Source: Octopus vulgaris
Taxonomy: Eukaryota
NCBI GenBank assembly: GCA_951406725.2
Contig: OX597814.1
Span: forward strand, 201,500,001 to 201,564,000
Length of the DNA stretch: 64,000 nt
Direction of reading: 5' to 3'
The notes beneath the pieces were generated by a model. The model saw only the letters and a program-made list of their open reading frames with translations. It did no database searches and had not been told where the DNA came from. Positions 41,525 to 54,392 of the stretch are shown piece by piece; position 1 is the stretch's first letter; every line of letters starts with the position of its first letter. Position numbers and translations under genes: made by a program.

Positions 41525-41910
41525 TACAGGGTAAATGTTTTTCAATTTTCTCCTGGTTTACGGAATTGACGTTATTTTGCGGTTAAAGCTTTTGGCTGTT
41601 ATTTCTAGTGGGTGAATGGCCTATTATGGCCGTTCCTTGATTGTTGATGTTGAACTTAAAAATGGTTTATGACTATTTAAATTTTTTCCCACTAGGCCGC
41701 TGGTGGCAAAAGAATTCTACAAAATTTTTTTGCCACCCTATATTGATTAATTATGAATTTTCTGGTTAATTCCGTAATGGAATCGGCAGCTTATATTTAT
41801 TTGCTGCCGATAAATTTGGCGGGAGTGCGACGATTTGAAAATTTTAGGTCAGATATTGACGAGGTAGCAATGAGAATGCCTCGTGAAAAATATCTGTTCC
41901 GGTTTTGGCT

Positions 41911-42017
41911 ATTTCTTACTGATGAATCTAAGGGCCTATGGTAGATTGGCTTGATTTAATTTAATCAGGTTAGTTTTCCATTAAACAGAAGATGAAACGG
42001 TGCATCGTCTAAGAAAT
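41911..42017 (+). ncRNA. Type I hammerhead ribozyme motif
   Basis: Same as the first copy; predicted cleavage after 42009. Confidence 0.78.
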
Positions 42018-42238
42018 TACAGGGTAAATGTTTTTCAATTTTCTCTGGTTTACGGAATTGACGTTATTTTGCGGTTAAAGCTTTTGGCTGTTATTTCTAG
42101 TGGGTGAATGGCCTATTATGGCCGTTCCTTGATTGTTGATGTTGAACTTAAAAATGGTTTATGACTATTTAATTTTTTCCCACTAGGCCGCTGGTGGCAA
42201 AAGAATTCTACAAAATTTTTTTGCCACCCTATATTGAT

Positions 42239-42551
<313 letters not shown>

Positions 42552-44435
42552 GTCTTCTACTTGCCATGGGTTGGCCAAAGCTTTGTGAATTGATTTGGTA
42601 GACATAAACCGAAAACAGCCCATCTTTATCATCATCAGTTAACGTCCATTAAATGATAATGGTGATGATGATAGGTTTGACAAGAACTGGCAAGGCCCGG
42701 GGTGGCACCAGATCCCATAGTCTGTTTTGGTATGGTTTCTACAGCCGGATGCTCTTATTAATTCCAACACCTTTACAGAGTCTACTCAGTGCTTTATACG
42801 TGACACCATTACCAATGCTTTTTGCACGGCAGCTTGGTTTTATTGTGTGTACAGATACGTCTGTGTGTCAGCGTATGCCCCACCCCCATCCCCATCCCCA
42901 CCCCCACCACTGCTTGGCAACTGGTGCTGGTATGTTTATATTTCCATAACTTAGTGGTTCGGCATAAAAGATCAATAGAATGAGCAACAAGTTTTAAGTA
43001 CTGGGATCGATTCATTCAACTAAAATTTTTCGAAGCAGTGCCCCAGAATGGCCACAGTCCAATGACTGAAACAAGTAAAAAAAAATAAATGATAATTTAT
43101 GCTGAGCTAAGAAACAAGCTTCAGTTGTTTCAAGCAGCCAAGTTAAAGCCATTTGAAAGTAATATCTGATTAATAGATACCGAAACTAGTGTTTTATAGT
43201 TTGTATGCTTTATTTACCTCATATCTTAATAACTTATCAACAGTAAAGAAAATGTATCCATATCCTAAGTAAATCCCAAGTTTAGCTCATCTAAAAGTTT
43301 ATATCTTAAAAGCCATAATAAAAACTCACTTAGACATCCTTAAGGCTAAGAGGAAAAAAAAAAGATTAACTTCGGGAATGTCTCCAACATCTATTGAAAT
43401 TTCTAAATAAAGTAGCCAAATTTAAGCAATATATTTACTTCATCTTATCCAGAACATTGCCGTTAACTATTTCTATTGACTTCTAAATACAAATTCTGAC
43501 TCTTGTAATGCAATTTATACTGCCAAATCCAAACACGAAATATCTAGACAACCTAACAACTATTTATGATGCAAAACTTCCAACAAAATTCTTCCTTTTT
43601 TTTTCTCTTATTCTTCCTTTCTTTTTTTTTCTTTCCTCTTATTCTAATGGGGAATAAAACTTTTCTATCATTTTATATAAATGATCAGATGATTACCTAT
43701 CAAACCTAATGCATTTTAGCATTTCCAGCAGGAATATCATTACAAATCAACAGCCTATATGGTATCTAATTTATCATGCTGCTGAAAATATATAGATCTT
43801 GATATTAGGAAATATCTGCATTGCTCGGTGATACAGATATGAAACAAATAATTGGTGTAAAGCAACATGTTGGACGTAAGACATTAGCTCTGGTCACAAT
43901 TAGATGTCAAAAGATGTCAAAGGATCAAGCAAGTAACATGTGTTGAAGGAGCTTATTACAAAACAGAATGAAAGAATTACAGAATAAAAGGAAGCAGAGA
44001 GATGAAAAGAAAAGTCTAAAGGAAGCTGATAAGGTAGCTGTTGACAAGTCAATAGTGTGTGATCAGTGTTGTTAGAATAAAAAGTGGGGGATGCGTGTAG
44101 ATGTGGATGTTGGATGACACGTGATTAATCAGTTAATTTATTAATAGACGAAACAGGGAATGTGATTTACATATAACTTTATATTCTAATATTCTTTTCT
44201 AGTCTTGGCACAAGGCCTGAAATTTGTTGGGAGGAGGGCCAGTCAATTATATCGACCCCCATATGCAACTGGCACTTAATTTAGCGACCCCAAAAGGATG
44301 AAAGGCAAAGTTGAACTCAGAACATAAAAGACAGACGAAATATTGCTAAGCATTTCCCCCAGCATGTCTTGGGAGAGTCATTATACCAATATCATTAACA
44401 CACACACACTGGTTCAATTCCACTCCTTTTCAATT

Positions 44436-44562
44436 TGAAATACAAAAGATGTGGCATCTTAAAACAAGAATTGTTCCTATTATTGTAGGTATGATAAAAA
44501 AAAAGAGATGTCAGAAACATCTATATAAGATCCCAGGAGAACCATGTCTCAGAGAAATCCAG
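44436..44562 (+). mobile_element. R4/Dong-clade LINE C-terminal remnant
   Basis: EIQKMWHLKTRIVPIIVG, similar to EIEKMWHLKAVTIPVIVG at ~5750. Confidence 0.65.
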
Positions 44563-45249
44563 TTGGTTAAACATCTAACTAACAAATCAATTATTGGTTA
44601 AACAGTAAGTCGTTTGTTTTATTTTTTGTTTATTTTTATTCTTTATTATTTCATCTGCTGAAATGCTTTGTTTTACTTTCTTTCATGGTTGTCTCTGCTT
44701 TGCTTTCATTGTGTTTTGAGGGTCGGTTTATTATATGTATGACTATTTCTATTTTTATTTCCGTCTTTTGTGGAGTCACAAGTGTTTTGTGTGTGATGGT
44801 TTCAGTTATGTTTCCATTAGTCTATGTTAAGTTATACTTTTAAATGCATCCAGTTGTTTTGTGTATTTTTTGTGCTTAATATTTCAGAGTTCTTCCATCA
44901 CATTTTTCAGAATTTTGTTATTATTCATTATAGATGCAAGACTGTTTACATTTCATTAACTCTGTCAAGACATAAAAATTAATTTTGGACCAGTGAAATG
45001 TGCCGAAGCTATTATGAAAAGCAAATTGATAATTGATTTTAAAAATGAGGCTATTAAATTAGATATAGACATTGAAATAAGAGAATTAGACTAGAACCAA
45101 ATTTGCAAGAACTTATAAGTTGGTAAGGCATATAAAATACAATTTTAAAGAAGAAAATTATAATAAAATACAATAGAAGAGTCTGACTAATTTTAAAATG
45201 TGAACAAAGGCTAGAAATAAAATAATAATAATAATGAAATTATTGTAAA

Positions 45250-45500
45250 CAGTGCTCAGGTGCACCATAACTTGTCAAAAGTGTGTATAAAGTATATGCA
45301 GTAATGTACAAATGTCTGGGAAGTGAACAGTGTATGAGTCAGATACATGCTTGCGTGTGTATGGAGGGGAGAAAGATCAGGTGTAGTGTTGGCGAATATC
45401 AGGAAGCATGGAAGGTTTGAAGGATGCAGTGCTCCGACAACTAACAACTGATGCCGGCAGTTTGTTCCATGTTTCAGCGACTCTTAGCGGGAAAAAATGT
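45250..45500 (-). mobile_element. CR1-group LINE 3' end (second family)
   Basis: HFFPLRVAETWNKLPASVVSCRSTASFK on minus strand followed by 3' UTR. Confidence 0.7.
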
Positions 45501-45831
45501 TTATTGTTTGTAAGATGGTTAATAATTTAATGGGTGTCTGCAAAGTCAGCTGCCAGACGTCGGAGTTTCAATGTATCCATGCCCACGGAAGTAAGGCGTT
45601 CAGAATATGGCAAATGCCTGATGGAGGGTATTCTTTTATTTGTTTCAGTAATTTGACTGCGACCATGCTGGAGCACTTCCTTCAGTCGAACAAATCGACC
45701 CCAGGACTTATTCTTTGTAAGCCGAGTACTTGTTCTCTCAGTCTCTTTTGCTGAACCACTAAGTTATGGGAATGTAAACACACTAGCATCGGTTGTCAAG
45801 TGATGGTGGGGGTGACAAACACAGACACATA

Positions 45832-45884
<53 letters not shown>

Positions 45885-47559
45885 ACATATATATATATGA
45901 GAAAAAATAAGTACAAAAAGAACAATTCAAACTTTTTGAAGGATCTAAAAAGAGAGAAAAAATAAAATAATTTCCAATACAAAATTCATCATATTCATAA
46001 AATTCAGTCAGAGCAAGTATTAAGAATATGAAAGTAACAATTGAAAAAATTCGTTGTAAGTATAAAGATACCATAAACAAGTATAAAAAATAGAGAAAAT
46101 ATGTTAAAATCAAAATTGAATTTAATATAAAATTGAATTCAATACATATGCCCGTTTCAAAAGACAATACAAATATTTAAGAAATAATGATAATAATAAT
46201 TATAATTATAATTAGAGTTATGCATTGTCCTTCTTATCAGTGTGAGGAATTTTTAGGAAAAACATTAAAAAAGTTATTAATAAAACTCAATAAGGAAAAA
46301 CAGGTGGGGTAATAGGCAAAAATTAAACCGGATATCTAGAAACAAGTTGTAAAAGGGAAAAATAATAATAAGAGAGACGAAAAAGAAAGACATATCAATG
46401 TCTTTCTTATGTCTGCAAAATAGGAGCTGCCAACACTTTTTTCTGCAATATAGGGGTAGCTTATCCTGTTCAGAATATATTATTAGCATTATCCTGCGTT
46501 TGAAAATTGAAATTCACTTCTTTAACTTTCTAAGACATCTCAATGCTTCTAAAGCAAACTTTGTTTGTTTGTTTACGTTCATCGTAATTTGAAAATATGA
46601 TAAAATTGAAGACAGAATTCCATAATGTATAAAAGGAATAATCATCATCATCATCATCATCATTTAACATCCGCTTTCCATGCTAGCATGGGTTGGATGA
46701 TTTGACTGAACACTGGCAAGCCAGATGGCTGCGCCAGGCTCCAATCTGATCTGGCAGAGTTTCTACAGCTGGATGCCCTTCCTAACGCCAACCACTCCGA
46801 GAGTGTGGTGGGTGCTTTTACGTGCCACCAGCACGAGGGCCAGTTTGGCAGTACTGGCAACGGCCACACTCGAAATAGTGTTTTCTATGTGCCACCTGCA
46901 CAGAAGTCAGTCTAGCGGCACTGGCAACGACCTTGCTTGAATGTTTTGTTCACGTGAATGAATAGAAAAAATAATGAATAGAAAAAGCACTCCAATCCAG
47001 AGTCAGCATCAATGTTTACTGTGTGCACCTGAAAAGGGTTAGGAAGTGATGCAGATGTTTGCTGAAGAAGATGCATGACACCTGATGCTGCTATAGGCAT
47101 CAAAAGGTTAAATCAAATAATCTATGCAACATTCGTTGTAGTCACAAAAAATTAAGCTAAGTTCAACTCAAGTACTGGAACTAAAAAGTCAATACTCAGA
47201 TAGAGATCTCAATTTCTTATAACTAAAACATTGCCTGAAGGAGGTGGGGAAACTTAGAAGTTTGGAATTTTAATAAATTTGATGAAAGCAAAGCCAGATC
47301 TATTGGATAGGGTTGCTTCCGATAGAACCCAATGGGAGATGTGCTTGAGGATTCTGCAACATGACCCTCTCGGGAATAAGTGGGTGGACAGGATGAGATG
47401 AGAAAGCAAAGCCAATAACAATTGGATAACAGGAGCAACAGCATAAAAGCAAAATTTATCAGCTGCAGGATAATATTGAACACAGCTCAGGAACAAAAAG
47501 GTGCAGACGGTAGTGAAGCAGAAGCATGCATAAAGTTGCTGGAAATATGATGGTAATAA

Positions 47560-47703
47560 CTATTTACATTATTTACATTTGCTGGATATATGTCCTCATC
47601 TTGTATGTTGTTAACACAATATTTTGGCTGATGTACTCTCCAGCCTTCATCAGGTGTCCTGGTGGAATTTCACACTTAGGTTCTGATACCTAAGGTATTT
47701 TTC
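47560..47703 (-). mobile_element. Solo Penelope pLTR with mutated hammerhead
   Basis: Homologous to 9760-9896; GAAACG replaced by AAAATA. Confidence 0.75.
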
Positions 47704-47971
47704 CACCACCACCACAAAATAGATAAAAATATCACAACCTTAAAATATTAATTTCAGTGAATTTGAAACTGTCTCATGGTTGGTAAAAAAAATGGGAGAG
47801 ATTTAGGGACAGTGACAGGAAATTTAAATTATTGACTGAAGCTGTTAGACATTCCTGATATTTATGAAAAATTTCTTTGTTTGGCACAGTAAGAAGCATA
47901 AGAATGGTATGAGATATTTAGTGGTGAAGAATGCAACTTGCTATGTAACAATCTTATGATTGTGATCACGA

Positions 47972-50573
47972 AGGAGAGGGGGAGAAGAGCTGGATGAGGA
48001 GGAAGGGAGGGGGAGAAGAGCTGGATGAGGAGGAAGAAAAGAGCTGGATGAGGAGGAGGAGAAGAGCTGGATGAGGAGGAGGAGAAGAACTGGATGAGGA
48101 GGAAGAGAAGAGCTAGATGAGAAGAGCTGGATGGGGAGGAGGAGAAGATCTGGATGGGGAGGAGGAGAAGAGCTGGATGAGGAGGGGAAGAGCTGGATGA
48201 GGAGGAAGAGAAGAGCTGGATGGGGAGGAGGAGAAGATCTGGATGGGGAGGAGGAGAAGAGCTGGATGAGGAGGAGGAGAAGAGCTGGATGAGGAGGGGA
48301 AGAGCTGGATGAGGAGGAAGAGAAGAGCTGGATGGGGAGGAGGAGAAGATCTGGATGGGGAGGAGGAGAAGAGCTGGATGAGGTGGATGAGAAGGAGAAG
48401 AGCTGGATGAGGAGGAAGAGAAGAGCTGGATGAGGAGGAGGAGAAGAGCTGGGTGAGGAGGAGGAGAAGATCTGGATGAGGAGGGGGAGAAGAGCTGGAT
48501 GAGAAGAGCTGGATGGGGAGGAGGAGAAGATCTGGATGGGGAGGAGGAGAAGAGCTCGATGAGGAGGAGGAGAAGAGCTGGGTGAGGAGGGGGAGAAGAG
48601 CTGGATGAGGAGGAGGAGAAGAGCTGGATGAGAAGAGCTGGATGGGGAGGAGGAGAAGAGCTGGATGAGAAGGAAGAGAAGAGCTGGATGAGAAGGAGGA
48701 GAAGAGCTGGATGGGGAGGGGGAGAAGAGCTGGATGAGGAGGAGGAGAAGAGCTGGATGAGGAGGGGAGAAGAGCTGAATGAGGAGGGGGAGAAGAGCTG
48801 GATGAGGAAGGGGAGAAGAGCTGGATGAGGAGGAGGAGAAGAGCTGGATGAGGAGGAGGAGAAGAGCTGGATGGGGAGGAGGAGAAGAGCTGGATGGGGA
48901 GGAGGAGAAGAGCTGGATGGGGAGGAGGAGAAGAGATGGATGGGGAGGAGGAGAAGAGCTGGATGAGGAGGAGAAGAGCTGGATGAGGAGGAGGAGAAGA
49001 GCTGGATGAGGAGGAGGAGAAGAGCTGGATGAGGAGGAGGAGAAGAGCTGGATGAGGAAGGGGAGAAGAGCTGGATGAGGAGGAGGAGAAGAGCTGGATG
49101 AGGAGGAGGAGAAGAGCTGGATGGGGAGGAGGAGAAGAGCTGGATGGGGAGGAGGAGAAGAGCTGGATGAGGAGGAGGAGAAGAGCTGGATGAGGAGGAG
49201 GAGAAGAGCTGGATGAGGAGGAGGAGAAGAGCTGGATGAGGAGGAGGAGAAGAGCTGGATGAGGAGGAGGAGAAGAGCTGGATGAGGAGGAGGAGAAGAG
49301 CTGGATGGAGGAGGAGGAGAAGAGCTGGATGAGGAGGAGGAGAAGAGCTGGATGAGGAGGAGGAGAAGAGCTGGATGAGGAGGAGGAGAAGAGCTGGATG
49401 AGGAGGAGAAGATCTGGATGAGGAGGAGGAGAAGAGCTGGATGAGGAGGAGGAGAAGAGCTGGATGAGGAGGAGGAGAAGAGCTGGATGAGGAGGAGGAG
49501 AAGAGCTGGATGAGGAGGAGGAGAAGAGCTGGATGAGGAGGAGGAGAAGAGCTGGATGGGGAGGAGAAGAGCTGGATGGGGAGGAGGAGAAGAGCTGGAT
49601 GAGGAGGAGGAGAAGAGCTGGATGAGGAGGGGAGAAGAGCTGGATGAGGAGGAGGAGAAGAGCTGGATGAGGAGGAGGAGAAGAGCTGGATGAGGAGGGG
49701 GAGAAGAGCTGGATGAGGGGGGAAGAAGATCTGGATGGGGAGGGGGAGAAGAGCTGGATGGGGAAGGGGAGAAGAGCTGGATGAGGAGGAGGAGAAGAGC
49801 TGGATGAGGAGGAGGAGAAGAAGGAAGGGAGGCAGAAGAAATATATTCATCCAGATCTTCTCCTCCTCCTCATCCAGCTCTTCTCCTCCTCCTCATCCAG
49901 CTCTTCTCCCCCTCCTCATCCAGCTCTTCTCCTCCTCCTCATCAAGCTCTTGTCCTCCTCATCCAGCTCTTCTCATCAAGCTCTTCTCCTCCCCATCCAG
50001 CTCTTCTCCTCCTCCCCATCCATCTCTTCTCCCCCTCCTCATCCAGCTCTTCTCCTCCTCCTCATCCAGCACTTCTCCATTCCTCATCCAAAATATAGAA
50101 GAGCTGGATGAGGAGGAGGAGGAGAAGGAAGGGAGGCAGAAGAAATATATTTTGGGTTGAATAAGGAATGAGGAATGGAAGAGCTGGATGGGGAGGAGGA
50201 GAAGAGCTGGATGAGGAGGAGGAGAAGAGCTGGATGAGAAGAGCTGGATGAGGAGGAGGAGAAGATCTGGATGGGGAGGAGGAGAAGAGCTGGATGAGGA
50301 GGAAGAGAAGAGCTGGATGAGGAGGAGGAGAAGAGCTGGATGAGGAGGAAGAGAAGAGCTGGATGAGGAGGAGGAGAAGAGCTGGATGAGGAGGAGAAGA
50401 GCTGGATGGGGAGGAGGAGAAGATCTGGATGAGGAGGAGGAGAAGAGCTGGATGAGGAGGAGAAGAGCTGGATGGGGAGGGGGAGAAGAGCTGGATGGGG
50501 TGGGGGAGAAAAGCTGGATGAGGAGGAGGAGGAGAAGGAAGGGAGGCAGAAGAAATATATTTTGGGTTGAATA
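47972..50573. repeat. Purine-rich minisatellite, ~23-bp unit gaggaggaggagaagagctggat, with an internal inverted block
   Basis: About 100 variant units (14/20/23 bp); opposite orientation at 49847-50097. Confidence 0.95.
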
Positions 50574-50624
50574 ACAACATGGATGATCAAATATGTAATG
50601 TAAAAAGGAAAGAAAAAAAATTAC

Positions 50625-50758
50625 TCAATAGCATAACCAAATTCAGGAGCGAAATCAACACACCACGGAGATAAGTTGATCGTGATGATTTTTGAAACCT
50701 CACTATATACATCTAATGCTTTTATCGTGTTTTCCTGATATTGATTACACATAAAATA
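50625..50758 (-). CDS. Candidate coding exon of an unknown gene
   Basis: cag acceptor, gtaatt donor, open 134 nt: YFMCNQYQENTIKALDVYSEVSKIITINLSPWCVDFAPEFGYAI; phase-compatible with 54277-54392. Confidence 0.35.
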
Positions 50759-51299
50759 CTGTTTACAATAACAAATAATCATATCAATAACTCAATGTGA
50801 TCGTATCAATCATGTAACAATGGGACAAACGAATGAAGAGAAAAATAAAACAAGAGAAACTCAAAACAAAAACTCACAACTTACAATGAGTTAACAATAC
50901 AAACAGTAATAGAATCAATAGACCTGACAGGCCAGTGTTTATAAGTAACACTGACTGTGACCATGTTAAGAAGCATATAAAACATAAGGGTCAAAAGTGT
51001 TGCCCCCTTATAAATATTATTAAAACCTGCCTCATGAGAGAAGAAAAAAATGCATCCATTTGCCCCATTTCCCTCCTTCTCTCTGTCATTATGTCACCAA
51101 AATAAAACAAAAAGGAAATGATAAACTAAAGAACGATGTCTGGAGAGGAAACAGGCAGATATTTCATTGCCTTCTCTGCCCAATACACATGAACGTAACT
51201 GTTTTCACATTATTTACATTATTTACATTATTTACATTATTTACATTATTTATATTATTTACATTCGATGGATATTTGTCCTCATCTTGTTTGTTGTTA

Positions 51300-51343
51300 A
51301 CAGAATGTTTCGGCTGATATACTCTCCAGCCTTCATCAGGTAT
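51300..51343 (-). ncRNA. Minimal hammerhead motif in inverted pLTR (partly decayed)
   Basis: AUAC-CUGAUGA-A-GGCUG..CAGCC-GAAA-CAUU-CUGU. Confidence 0.6.
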
Positions 51344-52197
51344 CTTGGGGAAATTTCGTACAGTTCTCAACAGAAAAGGTAACAGACAATCAGCTAGCAT
51401 TCCTGGACGTATTAATAACACACACCAAGTATGGATTCAGGACATCTGTATACCACAAGTTGACCTTCACTGGATGATACCTCAACTTCAATTCCCACCA
51501 TCCATACAGTGTAAAGAGAGGGATTGCTCAGTGCCTAAAACATTGTGCAAAGAATATAAGTAGCGATCGTGATACACACCACGAAGAAATGATCAAGCTC
51601 AATAATGATCTGTTAAGCAACAACTAACCCCAAAACATACTATCCACTCCAATTATGAAGAAAAGAGAGGAGGAAACCAATAAACTGTCCACAGTCTGTC
51701 TACCGTATGTGAAAGGCCTCTCCGAAAAGATACAAAAGATATGCAGCCCATATGATATCAGGACAGTATTCAAGAGTAATACAACACTTTGCAAATATCT
51801 CCTTTGAGAAAAAACCACCAATAGAAGAGAATATGACTAAGAACTGTGTGTACTCCATCCCATGCAGCTGTGGTAGGTTTATACAAAGGCGAAACATGCT
51901 GCCACTCAAAATAAGGGTAGATGAACATTGCAAGGCTGTGGCATGAAAAGATATTGATAAATCAGGTATAGTTGATCATGTATGGAAAAATGGAGATCAC
52001 CTCCCTCTGTGGGATGAAGTTAAAGTAATGGACAGAGAACACCAATGGAAAAATATGGAAACTAAAAGAAGCAATGCATATGCTAGGACACAACAACCTC
52101 CTAAGCAGACTATGAGTAGAATATGGGAATTGGTATTAAGGAAGGATAGGAAAATATTAGACTTATAAGCCCTAAAATTCACTCCATAATTGCCCAC

Positions 52198-52271
52198 GGG
52201 CATATGGCGTAGTGGTTAAGAGCGCAGGCTACTAACCCCAACATCCTGATTTCAATTCCAGCAAGTGACCT
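52198..52271 (+). other. tRNA-like / pol III promoter-like segment inside the PLE 3' region
   Basis: gggcatatggcgtagtggttaagagcg... A-box TGGCGTAGTGG, degenerate B-box atttcaattcc, tRNA-like length. Confidence 0.55.
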
Positions 52272-52345
52272 GAATAATAATAATAATAATAATAACATTG
52301 AAAAATACTTTAGGAATGAGAACTAAGGTTCGAAATTTCGCGAAG

Positions 52346-52389
52346 ACACCTGATGAAGGCTGGAGGGTATATCAGCCAAAACGTTGTGT
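52346..52389 (+). ncRNA. Minimal hammerhead motif in 3' pLTR (G12A, probably inactive)
   Basis: ACAC-CUGAUGA-A-GGCUG..CAGCC-AAAA-CGUU-GUGU. Confidence 0.6.
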
Positions 52390-53602
52390 TAACAACAAAC
52401 AAGATGAAGATGAATATCCGTCCAATGTAAATCATGTAAATATTGTACATAATTCCTTATCTCTTAAATATAAAACTATAAATGTTTTTGATTTCAGGGA
52501 CAAGGCCAATAATCGTAAGTAGAAGGATTAGTCAAGGTCATTGACCCTAGTACTCAACTGGTATTTATTGTATTGACACTGGAAAGATAAAAGGTAAGGT
52601 TGACTTCCATGGGATTTGAAAACAGAATATAAAGAGCCAGAAGTACTGTATGACATCTTGTTGAATGCTCTAAGGATTCTGCCAGGTCATTGGCCTGACA
52701 CATGCTAGCATGATACATAGGAATAAAGAGGGTGTGTGACAGGTGGAGAATCCTTATAAATATTGCACTGAAGTCAATGAGAGAGCCTCTATGTTGTTAT
52801 GTGGCCTGCTGGAAATATTAGACAAACTTCCTGTCAAATAACTTTGCTAAGCACAAAGCAATGCGTAGAAGCTTCCGGTGCAAAACTGAAAATAAAGAGT
52901 AAAATCATAGCTGTGATAGTTTGCTCAAACCTGACCTCAATGTAAAAGTAAAAAAGACAGGAAAACCTAGAAACTCTGATAGCTATTTAAATATCTTATG
53001 ACCAAACGATTCCCTGGAATGACGTCAAAAAGCTGTCAAATTACAAGGACCAGAAAGTCATCATCATCATCATCGTTTAACGTCTGCTTTCCATGCTAGC
53101 ATGGGTTGGACGATTTTGACTGAGGTCTGGCAAACCAGAAGGCCGTACCAGGCTCCAATCTTGATTTGGCAGAGTTTCTACGGCTGGATGAGCTTCCTAA
53201 CGCCAACCTCTCCGAGGATGTAGTGGGTGCTTTTTACGGAAATATATATTATCAGTCACTATTTGGGCATCATAATTGTAGGGTTGGTGGGGCTGGAAGT
53301 ATAGGGTCAGTGACATCAAGTGAATAGTTGAGGGGCCTTGCCAGAAGGATAGGATCAAGGGAGGTCATCTGAGCAAAAGGATGACTAGCATGAGTCTCTT
53401 TTGCTTGTGATGGATGTGAGGGCCATGTGGGTTCAGAAGATTTGCCGCTTGGTTCTGGCCAGAAGTCAGGAGGGTAGAAAACTCTTGGATATATTCCTTC
53501 TGGAAAAGATCGACATTATGAGAGGACCCATGGGGTCAGTAAGATACATTTTTCCCTATCAAAAACCTGAATATCAAACTGTCTCACAGCTTTATAAGTG
53601 CA

Positions 53603-53989
53603 GGAGTGTCTGTGTGGTAAGTAGCTTGCTTACCAACCACATGGTTCCGGGTTCAGTCCCACTGCATGGCACCTTGGGCAAGTGTCTTCTACTATAGCCT
53701 CAGGCCGACCAAAGCCTTGTGAGCGGATTTGGTAGACAAAAACTGAAAGAAGCCCATCGTATGCATGTACATGTATATATATATATGTGTGTGTGTTTGT
53801 GTGTCTGTGTTTGTCCCCCCAACATCGCTTGACAACCGCTGCTGGTGTGTTTACATCTCCATAACTTAGCAGTTCGGCAAAAGAGACTGATAGAATAAGT
53901 ACTAGGCTTAAGTCATGGGATTGATTTGCTTGACTAAAGGCAGTGCTCCAGCATAGCCACAGTCAAGTGACTGAAACAAATGAAAGAAT
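53603..53989 (+). mobile_element. Full-length SINE family A
   Basis: Homologous to 35584-35995. Confidence 0.85.
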
Positions 53990-54276
53990 CCAAAATATAG
54001 GCATACAATACAAAACCCATGTTTTTAAGAAGTCACTTTCGATTCAGCAGCACATTTTACAAAGCACATTTGTATGCACTTACCTCTCTATACGATAAAC
54101 TAGACCAACACTAAAGCTAAAATTGTGGTGTAATGAACATAGACTCAGACACAGGGGGTGCACAGGTGCCAGTACAACCCCTCAAATTTGGGGTGGGTAA
54201 TGAAACTGCCTTTGGAAATCCTCCTGAAAAACTGCGTTTTCACCCCCTAAGCAAATTCCATTCCTATGCTTATTAC

Positions 54277-54392
54277 TAATAAAATATGGCAAGATATTGA
54301 AATGAATGTCAACAGTACCAGGACAAACCAAAGTATGTATTTGCAGCAAAGTGTATTCTTCCTCTGGTCTTTTCGTATAGGAATACCAAAGT
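54277..54392 (-). CDS. Candidate coding exon with a hydrophobic (TM-like) segment
   Basis: Strong polypyrimidine tract plus tag acceptor, gtaata donor; xFGIPIRKDQRKNTLCCKYILWFVLVLLTFISISCHILL. Confidence 0.35.

Larger units (their letters stand above)
51200..52470 (+). mobile_element. Penelope-like retroelement, 5'-truncated, with inverted 5' pLTR and 3' pLTR
   Basis: RT thumb LAFLDVLI..TSVYHKLTFTG*YLNFNSHHP; linker LPYVKGLSEKI; GIY-YIG CVYSIPCSCG..LKIRVDEH; pLTR inverted at ~51200-51358 and direct at ~52290-52470. Confidence 0.92.

Noticed and set aside
47862-49850. 662-aa minus-strand ORF
   Set aside because: Translation of a stop-free 23-bp minisatellite; unit length is not a multiple of 3.
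53270-53560. Possible old L2-group LINE C-terminal remnant (minus strand)
   Set aside because: Too degraded to support with motifs.
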